From NCBI GenBank assembly GCA_963704755.1, contig OY969938.1, positions 3,210,001 through 3,242,000 of the forward strand: a DNA stretch of 32,000 nucleotides, in the 5' to 3' direction. Under the pieces are notes generated by a model that did no database searches, was not told the origin of the DNA, and saw only the letters and a program-made list of their open reading frames with translations. The DNA is from an uncultured Chloroflexia bacterium (GTDB lineage: Bacteria > Chloroflexota > Anaerolineae > Anaerolineales > Anaerolineaceae). Positions 7,507-14,972 of the stretch are shown here, piece after piece (the stretch's first letter is position 1; every line of letters begins with the position of its first letter). Made by a program: the position numbers and the translations under genes.

Positions 7507-10041
7507 CTACCGGGCTAATCGCAGCATCAAACGGTTGATCACGTTGTGGAGTCGGGCGGCGTAGCCGAAATGGACCAGCCAATCCGCGAACAGCGAACCG
7601 GCCGGCTGAACGTCGGCCAGAGAGCGCACTTGTAACGCCTGCCGGGCCTGCTCCAGGGTCCAGCCCTGCGGCAGCGGGCAGGTGACCGTCTTCTGCCGGC
7701 CGCCCGGCAGATCGAAATAATTATCGCTGAAAATGATCCCCATATCGGGAAAAGCCAGCCGCACGAAGCGCGCCAGGTTTTGGGTCGTGAGAGTTACGGT
7801 AAGAGTTTGGCCGCTGGCGGCCAGGTCCACTTTCAGGCCCGGCTCGGGCAGTTCGAGCCGCTTTTCAGGCGCGAACTGCAATGCTTGCCGTGCGACCAAT
7901 TCGCCGGCCTGCCATAATTCGGCCACGAAAGCCAGGTCGCTGGCGCCGTGCGAGCGCACCTGCCGGCCAAAATCGAATTCGCGCACCTGCGTAGCGACCA
8001 GCCCGGCCGCGTCCAAAGGATCGATGCCCATTTCGATCACCTCGCCCGCGAAGGTTTCCAGCGACCAGCGCAGCTCGCCTTGCCAGGGCTCGGGCAGGTC
8101 GTTGCAGACGAAGACGCCCACCCGGCTGCCGATATCCTCCAGCGAAAGAGACAGCGGTGCATAAAAGCGCCGGGCGGCGTATTGCAGCGCTTTCCACTGG
8201 CCGGTGTAATCGATGCCGGCCCAGGAGGAGACCGGCCAGCAGTCGTTGAGCTGCCAGTATAGGGCGCCGCCGCAGCGCGGGCGGTTGCGCCGCCAGTGCT
8301 CCACCCCCATGCGGATGCACTCGGCCTGGGATACCTGGGTGAGGTACACCAGGTCGGAGAAGTCGGCCGGCAGGCGGAAGCGCTCGCTCAGGTAGAAGAG
8401 CATGCGCGCGTTCCCTTCCAGCGAACGCTGGTGGTGCAGCATCACTTTGGAGGAAATGCTGAACTCTTCCGGTTTGGCGAAAGTCGCGATGGCTTCTAGC
8501 GAAGGCAGCGATTCCATCCCAAATTCGCTGCAAAAGCGGGTCGGACGGGTGCGGTAGTAGGTGAAAGGCTCCAGCCGGTGCCACACTTCCCACAGGTGGG
8601 TGTCGCCGCGCGTATCGCCGTTGGTATCGTCCATGAAGTCGCCCGAGGAAGGTGAACTGGGCCAGTAGGCGTGGTCGGGATCTTCGGCGGCTACCCACTC
8701 CGGCAGGCGCTTATGGAAAAAATCGACGTAAGCCGCGGTCAGCGCTGAATGGTCCTTCCAACGGTCCCACATCGATTCGATCTCGTTGTTCCCGCACCAC
8801 AGCGCCAGGCTGGCGTGGTGGCGCAGGCGGCGCACGTTCTCGACCACTTCGGCGTGGACGTTTTCGCGGTAGTCCTCATCCCCCAGGGGATAGGGTGCGC
8901 AGGCAAAGCCAAAGTCCTGCCAGACCAGGATGCCGTAATGGTCGCACAAATCGTAGAAGGCGTCGCTTTCGTAATAGCCGCCGCCCCACACGCGCAGCAT
9001 GTTCATGTTAGCCTCCGCGCTGGAGCGGATCAGGTGTTCCAGTCGCTCCGGCGTGAGGCGGGTGATGATCGAGTTGGCCGGGATCCAGTTAGCGCCTTTG
9101 GCAAAGATCGGCACGTCATTGACCACGAAGGTGAAGGATTCGCCCCATTCGTCCGGCCGGCGGCGCAACTCCAGCGTGCGCAGGCCGGCTGTGTAGCTGC
9201 GCCGGTCGAGGATCTCACCCCGGCTGACCAGGCTGACCGCGACGGTATACAACGGCTGGGTGCCCAGGCCGTTAGGCCACCACAATTGGGGCTGTCGAAT
9301 TTGGCCGGCGACTCGGCCATGCCGGCCGGCGACCGCGGCCGCCTGGTGGAAAACAGCCCCGTCGGGGGCTGTGACGGCCAGGTCCAGGGTCAGCGGGCTT
9401 TCGCTGAAGGCCTCGCAATCGACTTCGGCAGCCAGGGTCACCTCGCCGGAAGCGTGGGTCTGCTCCAGGCGCACGTCCAGCAGGCGCGCCTGCGAAAAGG
9501 CCTGGATGGAGATCTCCTTCCAGATGCCCGCGCCGGGCAAGACCGGACCCCAATCCCAGCCGAAGTGGCTCTGCACCTTGCGGATGTGGGCCGCCTTGGA
9601 ATGGACCCCGGGCGGCAGGTTGCGCACTCCCTGTTGAGCGGCGATATAGCCGGTAGGCGATTTGAGCCGCACGGTCAGGCGGTTGCCGGCCGGCTTGAGC
9701 CAGGATTTTACGTCCAGGCGGTAGCTGCGGAAGATGTTCTGCGTGCTGCCGATGGCCTGGCCGTTCAATTCGACCTCGGCAATCGTATCCAGCCCCGCGC
9801 AGACCAGTTCGATGCAATCCTCGCCTAACAGGGCCGGATCGACGTCGAAGGTGCGCTGGTATTCCCAATCCACATCCGAAACCCAGCCGACCAACTTTTC
9901 GTTTTCGCCGTAGAACGGGTCGGGGATCAGGCCCTGGGCCAACAGGTCGCTGAACACCGATCCAGGCACGGTCGCGCTGAACCAATCCTTTTTACCGGCC
10001 TGGCGGAACTGCCAGGGGCCGTTCAGGCTGCATGTTTTCAT
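7507..10041 (-). CDS. Beta-mannosidase, glycoside hydrolase family 2
   Basis: 844 aa. The N-terminus LNGPWQFRQ...VPGSVFSDLLAQGLIPDPFYGENE is typical of GH2 beta-mannosidases. Acid/base region WCGNNE and nucleophile region FCSEFGMES are present. RBS AGGTGAT upstream. Confidence 0.9.
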   Translation of the reverse strand: MKTCSLNGPWQFRQAGKKDWFSATVPGSVFSDLLAQGLIPDPFYGENEKLVGWVSDVDWEYQRTFDVDPALLGEDCIELVCAGLDTIAEVELNGQAIGSTQNIFRSYRLDVKSWLKPAGNRLTVRLKSPTGYIAAQQGVRNLPPGVHSKAAHIRKVQSHFGWDWGPVLPGAGIWKEISIQAFSQARLLDVRLEQTHASGEVTLAAEVDCEAFSESPLTLDLAVTAPDGAVFHQAAAVAGRHGRVAGQIRQPQLWWPNGLGTQPLYTVAVSLVSRGEILDRRSYTAGLRTLELRRRPDEWGESFTFVVNDVPIFAKGANWIPANSIITRLTPERLEHLIRSSAEANMNMLRVWGGGYYESDAFYDLCDHYGILVWQDFGFACAPYPLGDEDYRENVHAEVVENVRRLRHHASLALWCGNNEIESMWDRWKDHSALTAAYVDFFHKRLPEWVAAEDPDHAYWPSSPSSGDFMDDTNGDTRGDTHLWEVWHRLEPFTYYRTRPTRFCSEFGMESLPSLEAIATFAKPEEFSISSKVMLHHQRSLEGNARMLFYLSERFRLPADFSDLVYLTQVSQAECIRMGVEHWRRNRPRCGGALYWQLNDCWPVSSWAGIDYTGQWKALQYAARRFYAPLSLSLEDIGSRVGVFVCNDLPEPWQGELRWSLETFAGEVIEMGIDPLDAAGLVATQVREFDFGRQVRSHGASDLAFVAELWQAGELVARQALQFAPEKRLELPEPGLKVDLAASGQTLTVTLTTQNLARFVRLAFPDMGIIFSDNYFDLPGGRQKTVTCPLPQGWTLEQARQALQVRSLADVQPAGSLFADWLVHFGYAARLHNVINRLMLRLAR

Positions 10042-10051
10042 GGATCACCTG

Positions 10052-10069
10052 TTGAAAATTGTTTTTCAA
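10052..10069. promoter_or_regulatory. AT-rich palindrome just upstream of the GH2 RBS (candidate operator)
   Basis: TTGAAAA-TTGT-TTTTCAA. It lacks the central CG of the 6490 LacI site. Confidence 0.3.
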
Positions 10070-10090
10070 TACAATACAGATGTAACTATA

Positions 10091-10147
10091 TCCGGAAAAT
10101 GAGGTGTTGGTGCTGGCAAAGCCAGCACCAACACCTCATTTTCCGGA
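10091..10147. repeat. Long perfect palindrome H1 (27-bp stem, AAA loop)
   Basis: TCCGGAAAATGAGGTGTTGGTGCTGGC-AAA-GCCAGCACCAACACCTCATTTTCCGGA, with no mismatches. Confidence 0.95.
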
Positions 10148-10159
10148 TCAGTCACTCCC

Positions 10160-10168
10160 TGCTATAAT
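10160..10168 (+). promoter_or_regulatory. Extended -10 promoter (TGCTATAAT) placing the TSS on the mntA ATG (leaderless)
   Basis: TGnTATAAT at 10160-10168 and ATG at 10175, 6 nt after the -10. There is no room for an SD. Confidence 0.55.
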
Positions 10169-10174
10169 TTATCT

Positions 10175-10660
10175 ATGGACGCAGCGGAATTGAGCGCAAA
10201 GTTGGAAGTTATCCTGGCGGATTTCCCGGAAATTGGCCTGGTTTACCTGTTCGGGTCGCGGGTCAGCGGGCAGGTAGGGCCGCTCAGCGATTATGATTTT
10301 GCCATCCTGACTGAAAACCCGCAAGACGAACTGGACCTGCAAGCCCGCTTCCAGTATGCCCTGGTGCGCATCTTGAATACCGACCGGGTGGATGTGGTGC
10401 TCCTGCAGCGAGCCCCGATCGAACTGGCCTACCGCATTATTGCCGATGGGAAATTACTCTATCAGAGGGATGTGTATACCCGGGTTGAATTCGAGGCGGA
10501 TACCCTCAGCCGATATGGGGATTATCTTCCGGTACTGCGTTCCCAACGGGAACAAATCCTGCGAGGAGACACGAATGACCGACGAATTCAGCGGTATAGA
10601 GAGGCGCTTGGACGAACTCGACGAACGCTTGGCCAGGATAAACTCCCTAAAAGGTCATAG
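10175..10660 (+). CDS. mntA: Nucleotidyltransferase-domain antitoxin (MNT, MntA-like)
   Basis: The minimal NTase motif LFGSRVSGQVGPLSDYDFAI matches GSxxxG...DxD. 161 aa. It overlaps the downstream HEPN gene by 86 nt. Confidence 0.8.
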   Translation: MDAAELSAKLEVILADFPEIGLVYLFGSRVSGQVGPLSDYDFAILTENPQDELDLQARFQYALVRILNTDRVDVVLLQRAPIELAYRIIADGKLLYQRDVYTRVEFEADTLSRYGDYLPVLRSQREQILRGDTNDRRIQRYREALGRTRRTLGQDKLPKRS

Positions 10661-11000
10661 CCAGGAAGAATTCCAGGATGATCCTTTTCTGCGTGATATT
10701 GTCGAACGCAATTTGGAAATCGCGGCCCAATGTTGTATCGATATCAGCCATCGACTGATACTGCTCGAAAACGCGCGAAAACCGGCAAATTATTACGAAG
10801 CTTTCTTGATCATGGGGGAAATTGGAGTGCTGCCGGCCGACTTCGCTCGCCGGATCGCGCCAATTGCCGGGCTGCGGAACATCTTGACTCACGAATACCT
10901 GGGCATCGATTGGGACCACGTTTATCGAAACCTGGAAAATATCGATGATCTGGCTACCTTTGCGGGTTATGTCCGCCAATGGCATTCAAAGGAGCCATAA
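10575..11000 (+). CDS. hepT: HEPN-domain toxin (DUF86, HepT-like RNase)
   Basis: The ORF track starts at 10392. I call ATG 10575 (MTDEFSGIERRL...) because GAGGAG lies at 10564-10569. The Rx4-6H motif is present as RNILTHEY. Confidence 0.8.
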   Translation: MTDEFSGIERRLDELDERLARINSLKGHSQEEFQDDPFLRDIVERNLEIAAQCCIDISHRLILLENARKPANYYEAFLIMGEIGVLPADFARRIAPIAGLRNILTHEYLGIDWDHVYRNLENIDDLATFAGYVRQWHSKEP

Positions 11001-11024
11001 AAAGCTTTCACCTGATGATTTTGA

Positions 11025-11081
11025 TCCCGAAAATGAGGTGTTGGTGCTGCCTTTGTCAACACCAACACCTCATTTTCGGGA
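11025..11081. repeat. Palindrome H2, a diverged paralogue of H1 (21-bp outer stem, imperfect apex)
   Basis: TCCCGAAAATGAGGTGTTGGTG...CACCAACACCTCATTTTCGGGA. The outer CCGG/CCGG of H1 is replaced by CCCG/CGGG, a compensatory pair. Confidence 0.9.
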
Positions 11082-11093
11082 TCAGTCACTCCC

Positions 11094-11102
11094 TGCTATA
11101 AT
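11094..11102 (+). promoter_or_regulatory. Second copy of the extended -10 promoter (TGCTATAAT), leaderless for fpg
   Basis: Same 28-nt ATCAGTCACTCCCTGCTATAAT context as at 10148-10168. The ATG at 11109 lies 6 nt after the -10. Confidence 0.55.
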
Positions 11103-11108
11103 CTATTT

Positions 11109-11945
11109 ATGCCAGAGCTACCTGAGCTCGAAGTGGTTCGTGAGGTGTTGCAGCGCCGGGTGATCGGGGATACGATTACGGCCGTGGAAGTCATCCCACC
11201 GGGCGGGCCGATCGTGATCCGCGACCTCACCCAGGTTGGTTTCGTTCCGGCCCTGGTTGGGGGGACCATTCAGGAGATATCGCGGCGGGGAAAATTCCTG
11301 ATCTTTGGCATGCAAGCTGAGACGGCGCCGCTTTACCTGGTGCTCAACCCTAAGTTGACCGGCCGCTTGCAGTTGGCAAGCGCAGGCGAAAAGCGGCGTG
11401 GCAAGACCCACGTGGTTTTTGGCCTGAGCAGCGGCAAACAGTTGCGCTACATCGATCAAAAGCAGATGGGCCAGCTTTATCTCACCCGCGACCTGGAGAT
11501 CGTGCCCGGGTTTGCCGGGATGGGCCCCGAGCCGCTGGATATCTCACTGGAAGAGTTCCGTGCGCGCTTGAAGCCCTTCCGCGGCGAGATCAAGGGGGTG
11601 CTCACCCGCGGGGAGTTTGTGGCCGGGATAGGCAACGCCTATGCCGATGAGATCCTGTGGGAGGCGCGCTTGCATCCCTATCGCAAGCGCACCCAGTTGA
11701 GCGCCGAGGAAGTCGCCCACCTGTACGAGGGCATGCGCACCACCTTGCTGAACGCGGTCGAGCAGGTGCGGGTGGAGATGGGCGAGAACATCCACCTCAA
11801 GCCGCGCGATTTTCTGGCCGTGCATATGAAGACCGGCGAGCCCTGCCCGCGCTGCGGTACGCCGATTTCGCTGGTGGGGGCTAACCAGCGCATCACCAAT
11901 TTTTGCCGCACCTGCCAGCCGGGCGGGTTGATCAAGGGGATGTGA
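11109..11945 (+). CDS. mutM: Formamidopyrimidine-DNA glycosylase (Fpg/MutM)
   Basis: N-terminal MPELPELEVV (catalytic Pro2/Glu3), H2TH region, and C-terminal zinc finger CPRCGTPISLVGANQRITNFCRTCQ. Confidence 0.93.
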   Translation: MPELPELEVVREVLQRRVIGDTITAVEVIPPGGPIVIRDLTQVGFVPALVGGTIQEISRRGKFLIFGMQAETAPLYLVLNPKLTGRLQLASAGEKRRGKTHVVFGLSSGKQLRYIDQKQMGQLYLTRDLEIVPGFAGMGPEPLDISLEEFRARLKPFRGEIKGVLTRGEFVAGIGNAYADEILWEARLHPYRKRTQLSAEEVAHLYEGMRTTLLNAVEQVRVEMGENIHLKPRDFLAVHMKTGEPCPRCGTPISLVGANQRITNFCRTCQPGGLIKGM

Positions 11946-12309
11946 AGGGGGGCTCGTTTTTGCAGAACGTGGTACCTTCGGCACCGGTTGTTAGGACAGG
12001 AACCCTGGTGTGCAGTATGCTCCTTGGGTAAAAAGCAGCAGGTCTTGCAATGGCGACCAGGAGTGGCCTTATGGCCGGCGTTGAAGAGCGGCCTCAGCCA
12101 AGGGATGTGGGGGACCGGGCCGATCTGCTTGATTTCCATTTGTGTTTCTTAAGCGAGCGCCGTACTGGTGCGTTCCGGGCACGCCTGGGTAAGCCTGTTA
12201 TCTGGCCATTCAACCAAGGTTGGAATGTCAGCCCTCAAACGCACCCTACGACGATGCTCTTTAAAAATCTTCTCCGCGCGCTCTGAGTGTGGTTAATTTC
12301 TTCCTTCTT

Positions 12310-12333
12310 CTCCGTGACCTCCGTGCCTCCGTG
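12310..12333. repeat. Three tandem octamers (CTCCGTGA CCTCCGTG CCTCCGTG)
   Basis: Read directly in the 3' region of the corrinoid-protein gene. Confidence 0.7.
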
Positions 12334-12373
12334 GTTTTTATTCCTCTGCGTCTCTGCGGTGATTTTCTTTGTC

Positions 12374-13042
12374 CTATGGGTTGGTACCCCTGGCCCAGTT
12401 CTGGCAATAGCGCACGCCGTCCATGGCGTCCATGGCCCAATAGTCGGCGCTGACGTACTGGCATACGTCGTTATTGACCTGGCCGCCGATAATGATGGGC
12501 GTTTTAGCGAACTGTGGGTCATCGCGCAGCAGGGTGATCGTCCTTTTCATCGCGCCGTATGCGCCGATGATCAGGCAGGACAGGCCGATGATATCCGGCT
12601 TCAATTCCTGGGCCTTCTCCAGGAATTGCTCGGCCGGCACGTTCACTCCCAGGTCGTTGACATTGAACCCGTGCACGTTCAGCATGATCTGGAACAGGTC
12701 CTTGCCGGCATCGTGGATATCCCCCTCGACGGTGCCAAGCAGCACCGATCCGAGCGATTTACCGAAATATTTCTTTTCGGTCATGGGCTGCAGGATTTCC
12801 ATCACCTCGCGCAGAATTTCACCGGCCAGGATGAGCCCGGCCAGGTAATAGTGGCGCTGTTCGTAGTGCTGTCCCACCAGGATCATCCCCTGGCGGCAGT
12901 CCTCGACGATGTCCATCGGGTCATCCCCGCCGGCGACTCGCTGCTGGACCAGCTCGAGCACTTTTTCTTCCTGTAATTCTTCCACGCTGTGGATCAATTC
13001 GAATGAGCGGTCGCCGTCTGTTGAACTCATCTCTGCTCCCAT
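12374..13042 (-). CDS. Corrinoid (B12-binding domain) protein, copy 1
   Basis: The ORF-track start (13123) overlaps the gntR gene. I prefer ATG 13042 or 13030 (MGAEMSSTDG...). It has a B12-binding_2 cap followed by a Rossmann B12 domain with the DxHxxG motif GDIHDAGK. Confidence 0.85.
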   Translation of the reverse strand: MGAEMSSTDGDRSFELIHSVEELQEEKVLELVQQRVAGGDDPMDIVEDCRQGMILVGQHYEQRHYYLAGLILAGEILREVMEILQPMTEKKYFGKSLGSVLLGTVEGDIHDAGKDLFQIMLNVHGFNVNDLGVNVPAEQFLEKAQELKPDIIGLSCLIIGAYGAMKRTITLLRDDPQFAKTPIIIGGQVNNDVCQYVSADYWAMDAMDGVRYCQNWARGTNP

Positions 13043-13068
13043 GAATCCTGTGCCCTCTGACTGAAACG

Positions 13069-13824
13069 CTAAACGCCTACACTGGTTTTGAACCGCAAAC
13101 AGTCGCCCCGGCAGATGAACCACCCCCAGCTTACTGCCTGGTCAGAAAAGTCGTAAAAGATATGTTCGATGCGAAAGGCCGGTGCGCCGGCCGGGGATTG
13201 TAATTCCTCGGATTCGTCCTCGGTCAGAACGGTCGCATCGATGCCCAATTCGCCCCGTTTGAGCATGGTTTCCCCCGTGCCGGTGAACAGCCCTTCCAGC
13301 GAAGTGACCCCTAATTCGGCTTCGACGGTGGGGTGGGTAGGATCCAGGATCATGTATTCCCGGTGGTACATGATCGGCCGGTTTTCTTGCAGCAGCAAGC
13401 GGCGGATATAGATTACACGGGTACCCGGTTTGATAGCCAGTTTGGTGGCCACCCGCTGGTTGGCGCTGGTCGCCGAGGCGCCTAGAATGCGCACCGATGT
13501 GCGGCTATCCGAAAAGATTTCCTGCAGGCCACGCAGGTCGAAGGTGGCGTTGGTCAGCGCCAGCGGCTTTAAATAGGTGCCCTGGCCTTTGCGGGTTACC
13601 GCGATATCCTGCTCGACCAGGATCTTGGTGGCGCGCCGGGCTGTGATCGAGCTGACCTGGTATTGCTCGCATAATTCGGCCTCTGAGGGCAGCCGTTCGC
13701 CCGGCCGGTATTCTCCGGCCGCAATCTTCCGCCGCAGGATATTCACCAACTGGTTGTAGGCGGGCTCGAAAGAATCGCGGTCGATTTCTTCTGGCAGGGT
13801 CAACGATCGGTTATCTCGGTTCAT
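13069..13824 (-). CDS. GntR-family (HutC subfamily, UTRA effector domain) transcriptional regulator
   Basis: The wHTH LPSEAELCEQYQVSSITARRATKILVEQDIAVTRKGQGTYL is followed by a UTRA-like C-terminus. 251 aa. Confidence 0.88.
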   Translation of the reverse strand: MNRDNRSLTLPEEIDRDSFEPAYNQLVNILRRKIAAGEYRPGERLPSEAELCEQYQVSSITARRATKILVEQDIAVTRKGQGTYLKPLALTNATFDLRGLQEIFSDSRTSVRILGASATSANQRVATKLAIKPGTRVIYIRRLLLQENRPIMYHREYMILDPTHPTVEAELGVTSLEGLFTGTGETMLKRGELGIDATVLTEDESEELQSPAGAPAFRIEHIFYDFSDQAVSWGWFICRGDCLRFKTSVGV

Positions 13825-14000
13825 GCAAGCGTAAATTCTTTCCCGTGGATCGAAGCGAGAGCAGTGATGCTGATTTGTAACAGCCCGGCCTGGTACCTGG
13901 AAAAACCAACTTTGAGCCGTTGGAATATGCCAAGCTGGAGCGGTTACGCCGATTATAAGGATTATAGGTCAGATATCACAGGGTGGACATGTAAACCTAC

Positions 14001-14031
14001 TTGACTTTACTTATTATACTAATATAATAAG
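14001..14031 (+). promoter_or_regulatory. Near-consensus promoter TTGACT-16-TATAAT overlapped by a 9-bp inverted repeat (candidate GntR operator)
   Basis: TTGACT at 14001-14006 and TATAAT at 14023-14028. The palindrome CTTATTATA-CTAA-TATAATAAG at 14010-14031 covers the -10. A GATTATAAG/GATTATAGG direct repeat lies at 13951-13968. Confidence 0.6.
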
Positions 14032-14071
14032 TTTGAATGTTTTTTACAACAATCCCATTTCGGAGCAACAA

Positions 14072-14881
14072 ATGAAAATTATTGGGGAGAAGATCAACGG
14101 CACCCGCAAGTTGGTGGGCAAGGCCATTGCCGAGCAAAATGCTGCCTTTATCCAAAACCTGGCCGTCAGGCAGGTCGAAGGCGGCGCCAACTGGTTGGAC
14201 GTCAATGCTGGCACTGCTCCTGAGCGCGAGGCCGATGATATGGTCTGGCTGGTGAAGCTTGTCCAGGAGGTCACCGACGTTCCTTTATGCCTGGACAGCG
14301 CCAATCCCACGGCGTTACGCCTGGCGATGAAGGAAGTCAAGCAAACACCGATGATCAACTCGATCAGCGGTGAGCCCAGCCGCCTGGAAGGCATTTTGCC
14401 GATCGTGGCCGAATTCCATTGCCCGGTCATTGCCCTGTGTATGGATGAAAATGGCATTCCGGTGACCACCGAGAAACGGCTGGAAGTCATCCGCAGCGTG
14501 ATTGCCAAAACCCGGGCAGCCAACATTCCCGATGAAATGGTCTATGTCGATCCGTTAGCCATGACGATCGCCACCAATACCAACGCCGGCCGGGTGATCT
14601 TCGATACCATCCGCGAAATTCGCCGGGAGTTCCCCGAGGCGCACATTAGCTGCGGCCTGAGCAACGTTTCGTTTGGCCTGCCGCTGCGGTCGCTGATCAA
14701 CCGCTCTTTCCTGGTGTTGGCCCTGGAGGCCGGCCTGGATACGGCCATCATCGACCCGAACGACCGGGATTTGCAGGCGGCGATGTACGCGGCCGAGATG
14801 CTGTTGGGCAAAGACCGCCATTGTTTGAACTACACCCGTGCTTATCGCGCCGGCCGGTTAGAGCACCCAGAACAAAAATAG
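14072..14881 (+). CDS. Methyltetrahydrofolate:corrinoid methyltransferase (pterin-binding domain, MT II/AcsE/MetH-module-like)
   Basis: The ORF-track start 14033 (TTG) lies upstream of the predicted TSS. ATG 14072 has GGAG 6 nt upstream. Motifs DSANP, MINSISGE and GLSNVSFG are typical of the pterin-binding TIM barrel. Confidence 0.85.
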   Translation: MKIIGEKINGTRKLVGKAIAEQNAAFIQNLAVRQVEGGANWLDVNAGTAPEREADDMVWLVKLVQEVTDVPLCLDSANPTALRLAMKEVKQTPMINSISGEPSRLEGILPIVAEFHCPVIALCMDENGIPVTTEKRLEVIRSVIAKTRAANIPDEMVYVDPLAMTIATNTNAGRVIFDTIREIRREFPEAHISCGLSNVSFGLPLRSLINRSFLVLALEAGLDTAIIDPNDRDLQAAMYAAEMLLGKDRHCLNYTRAYRAGRLEHPEQK

Positions 14882-14972
14882 CGCGGCGATTTAATCCCGC
14901 AATACTTCTGTACCATCGATGAAATAAAACCCTCTCGTATCCACATTTATGTTCGCGAATAAGGAGAAAAAC

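Noticed and set aside
6540-7538. Repeated small ORFs across the tandem repeats (6540-6749, 6896-7141, 6552-6782, 6866-7174, 7081-7296, 7314-7538)
   Set aside because: The similarity is at nucleotide level on both strands. Differences between copies A and B are mostly nonsynonymous, and copy C is frameshifted with an early stop in the corresponding frame. There are no RBSs. They are better explained as translated repeats.
7733-9985. Long ORFs antisense to or overlapping the GH2 gene (for example 8749-9828 at 359 aa, 7865-8698 at 277 aa, 9272-9985 at 237 aa)
   Set aside because: They are nested within the 844-aa beta-mannosidase ORF, which has strong family motifs. Their low-complexity Arg/Ala/Gly/Pro composition marks them as artefacts of high GC.
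12050-12286. 78-aa ORF in the fpg/corrinoid-protein gap
   Set aside because: It has no RBS and no recognisable domain, and its composition is consistent with random translation. It is retained only as part of the unexplained-gap finding.
11946-12373. Tested the gap by eye for tmRNA, RNase P RNA, SRP RNA or tRNA signatures
   Set aside because: None of the universally conserved blocks are present, such as GAGGAAAGTCC for RNase P, the GGAAGCAGCC/AGGTCAGG SRP domain IV, or tmRNA and tRNA acceptor/T-arm ends with CCA context.
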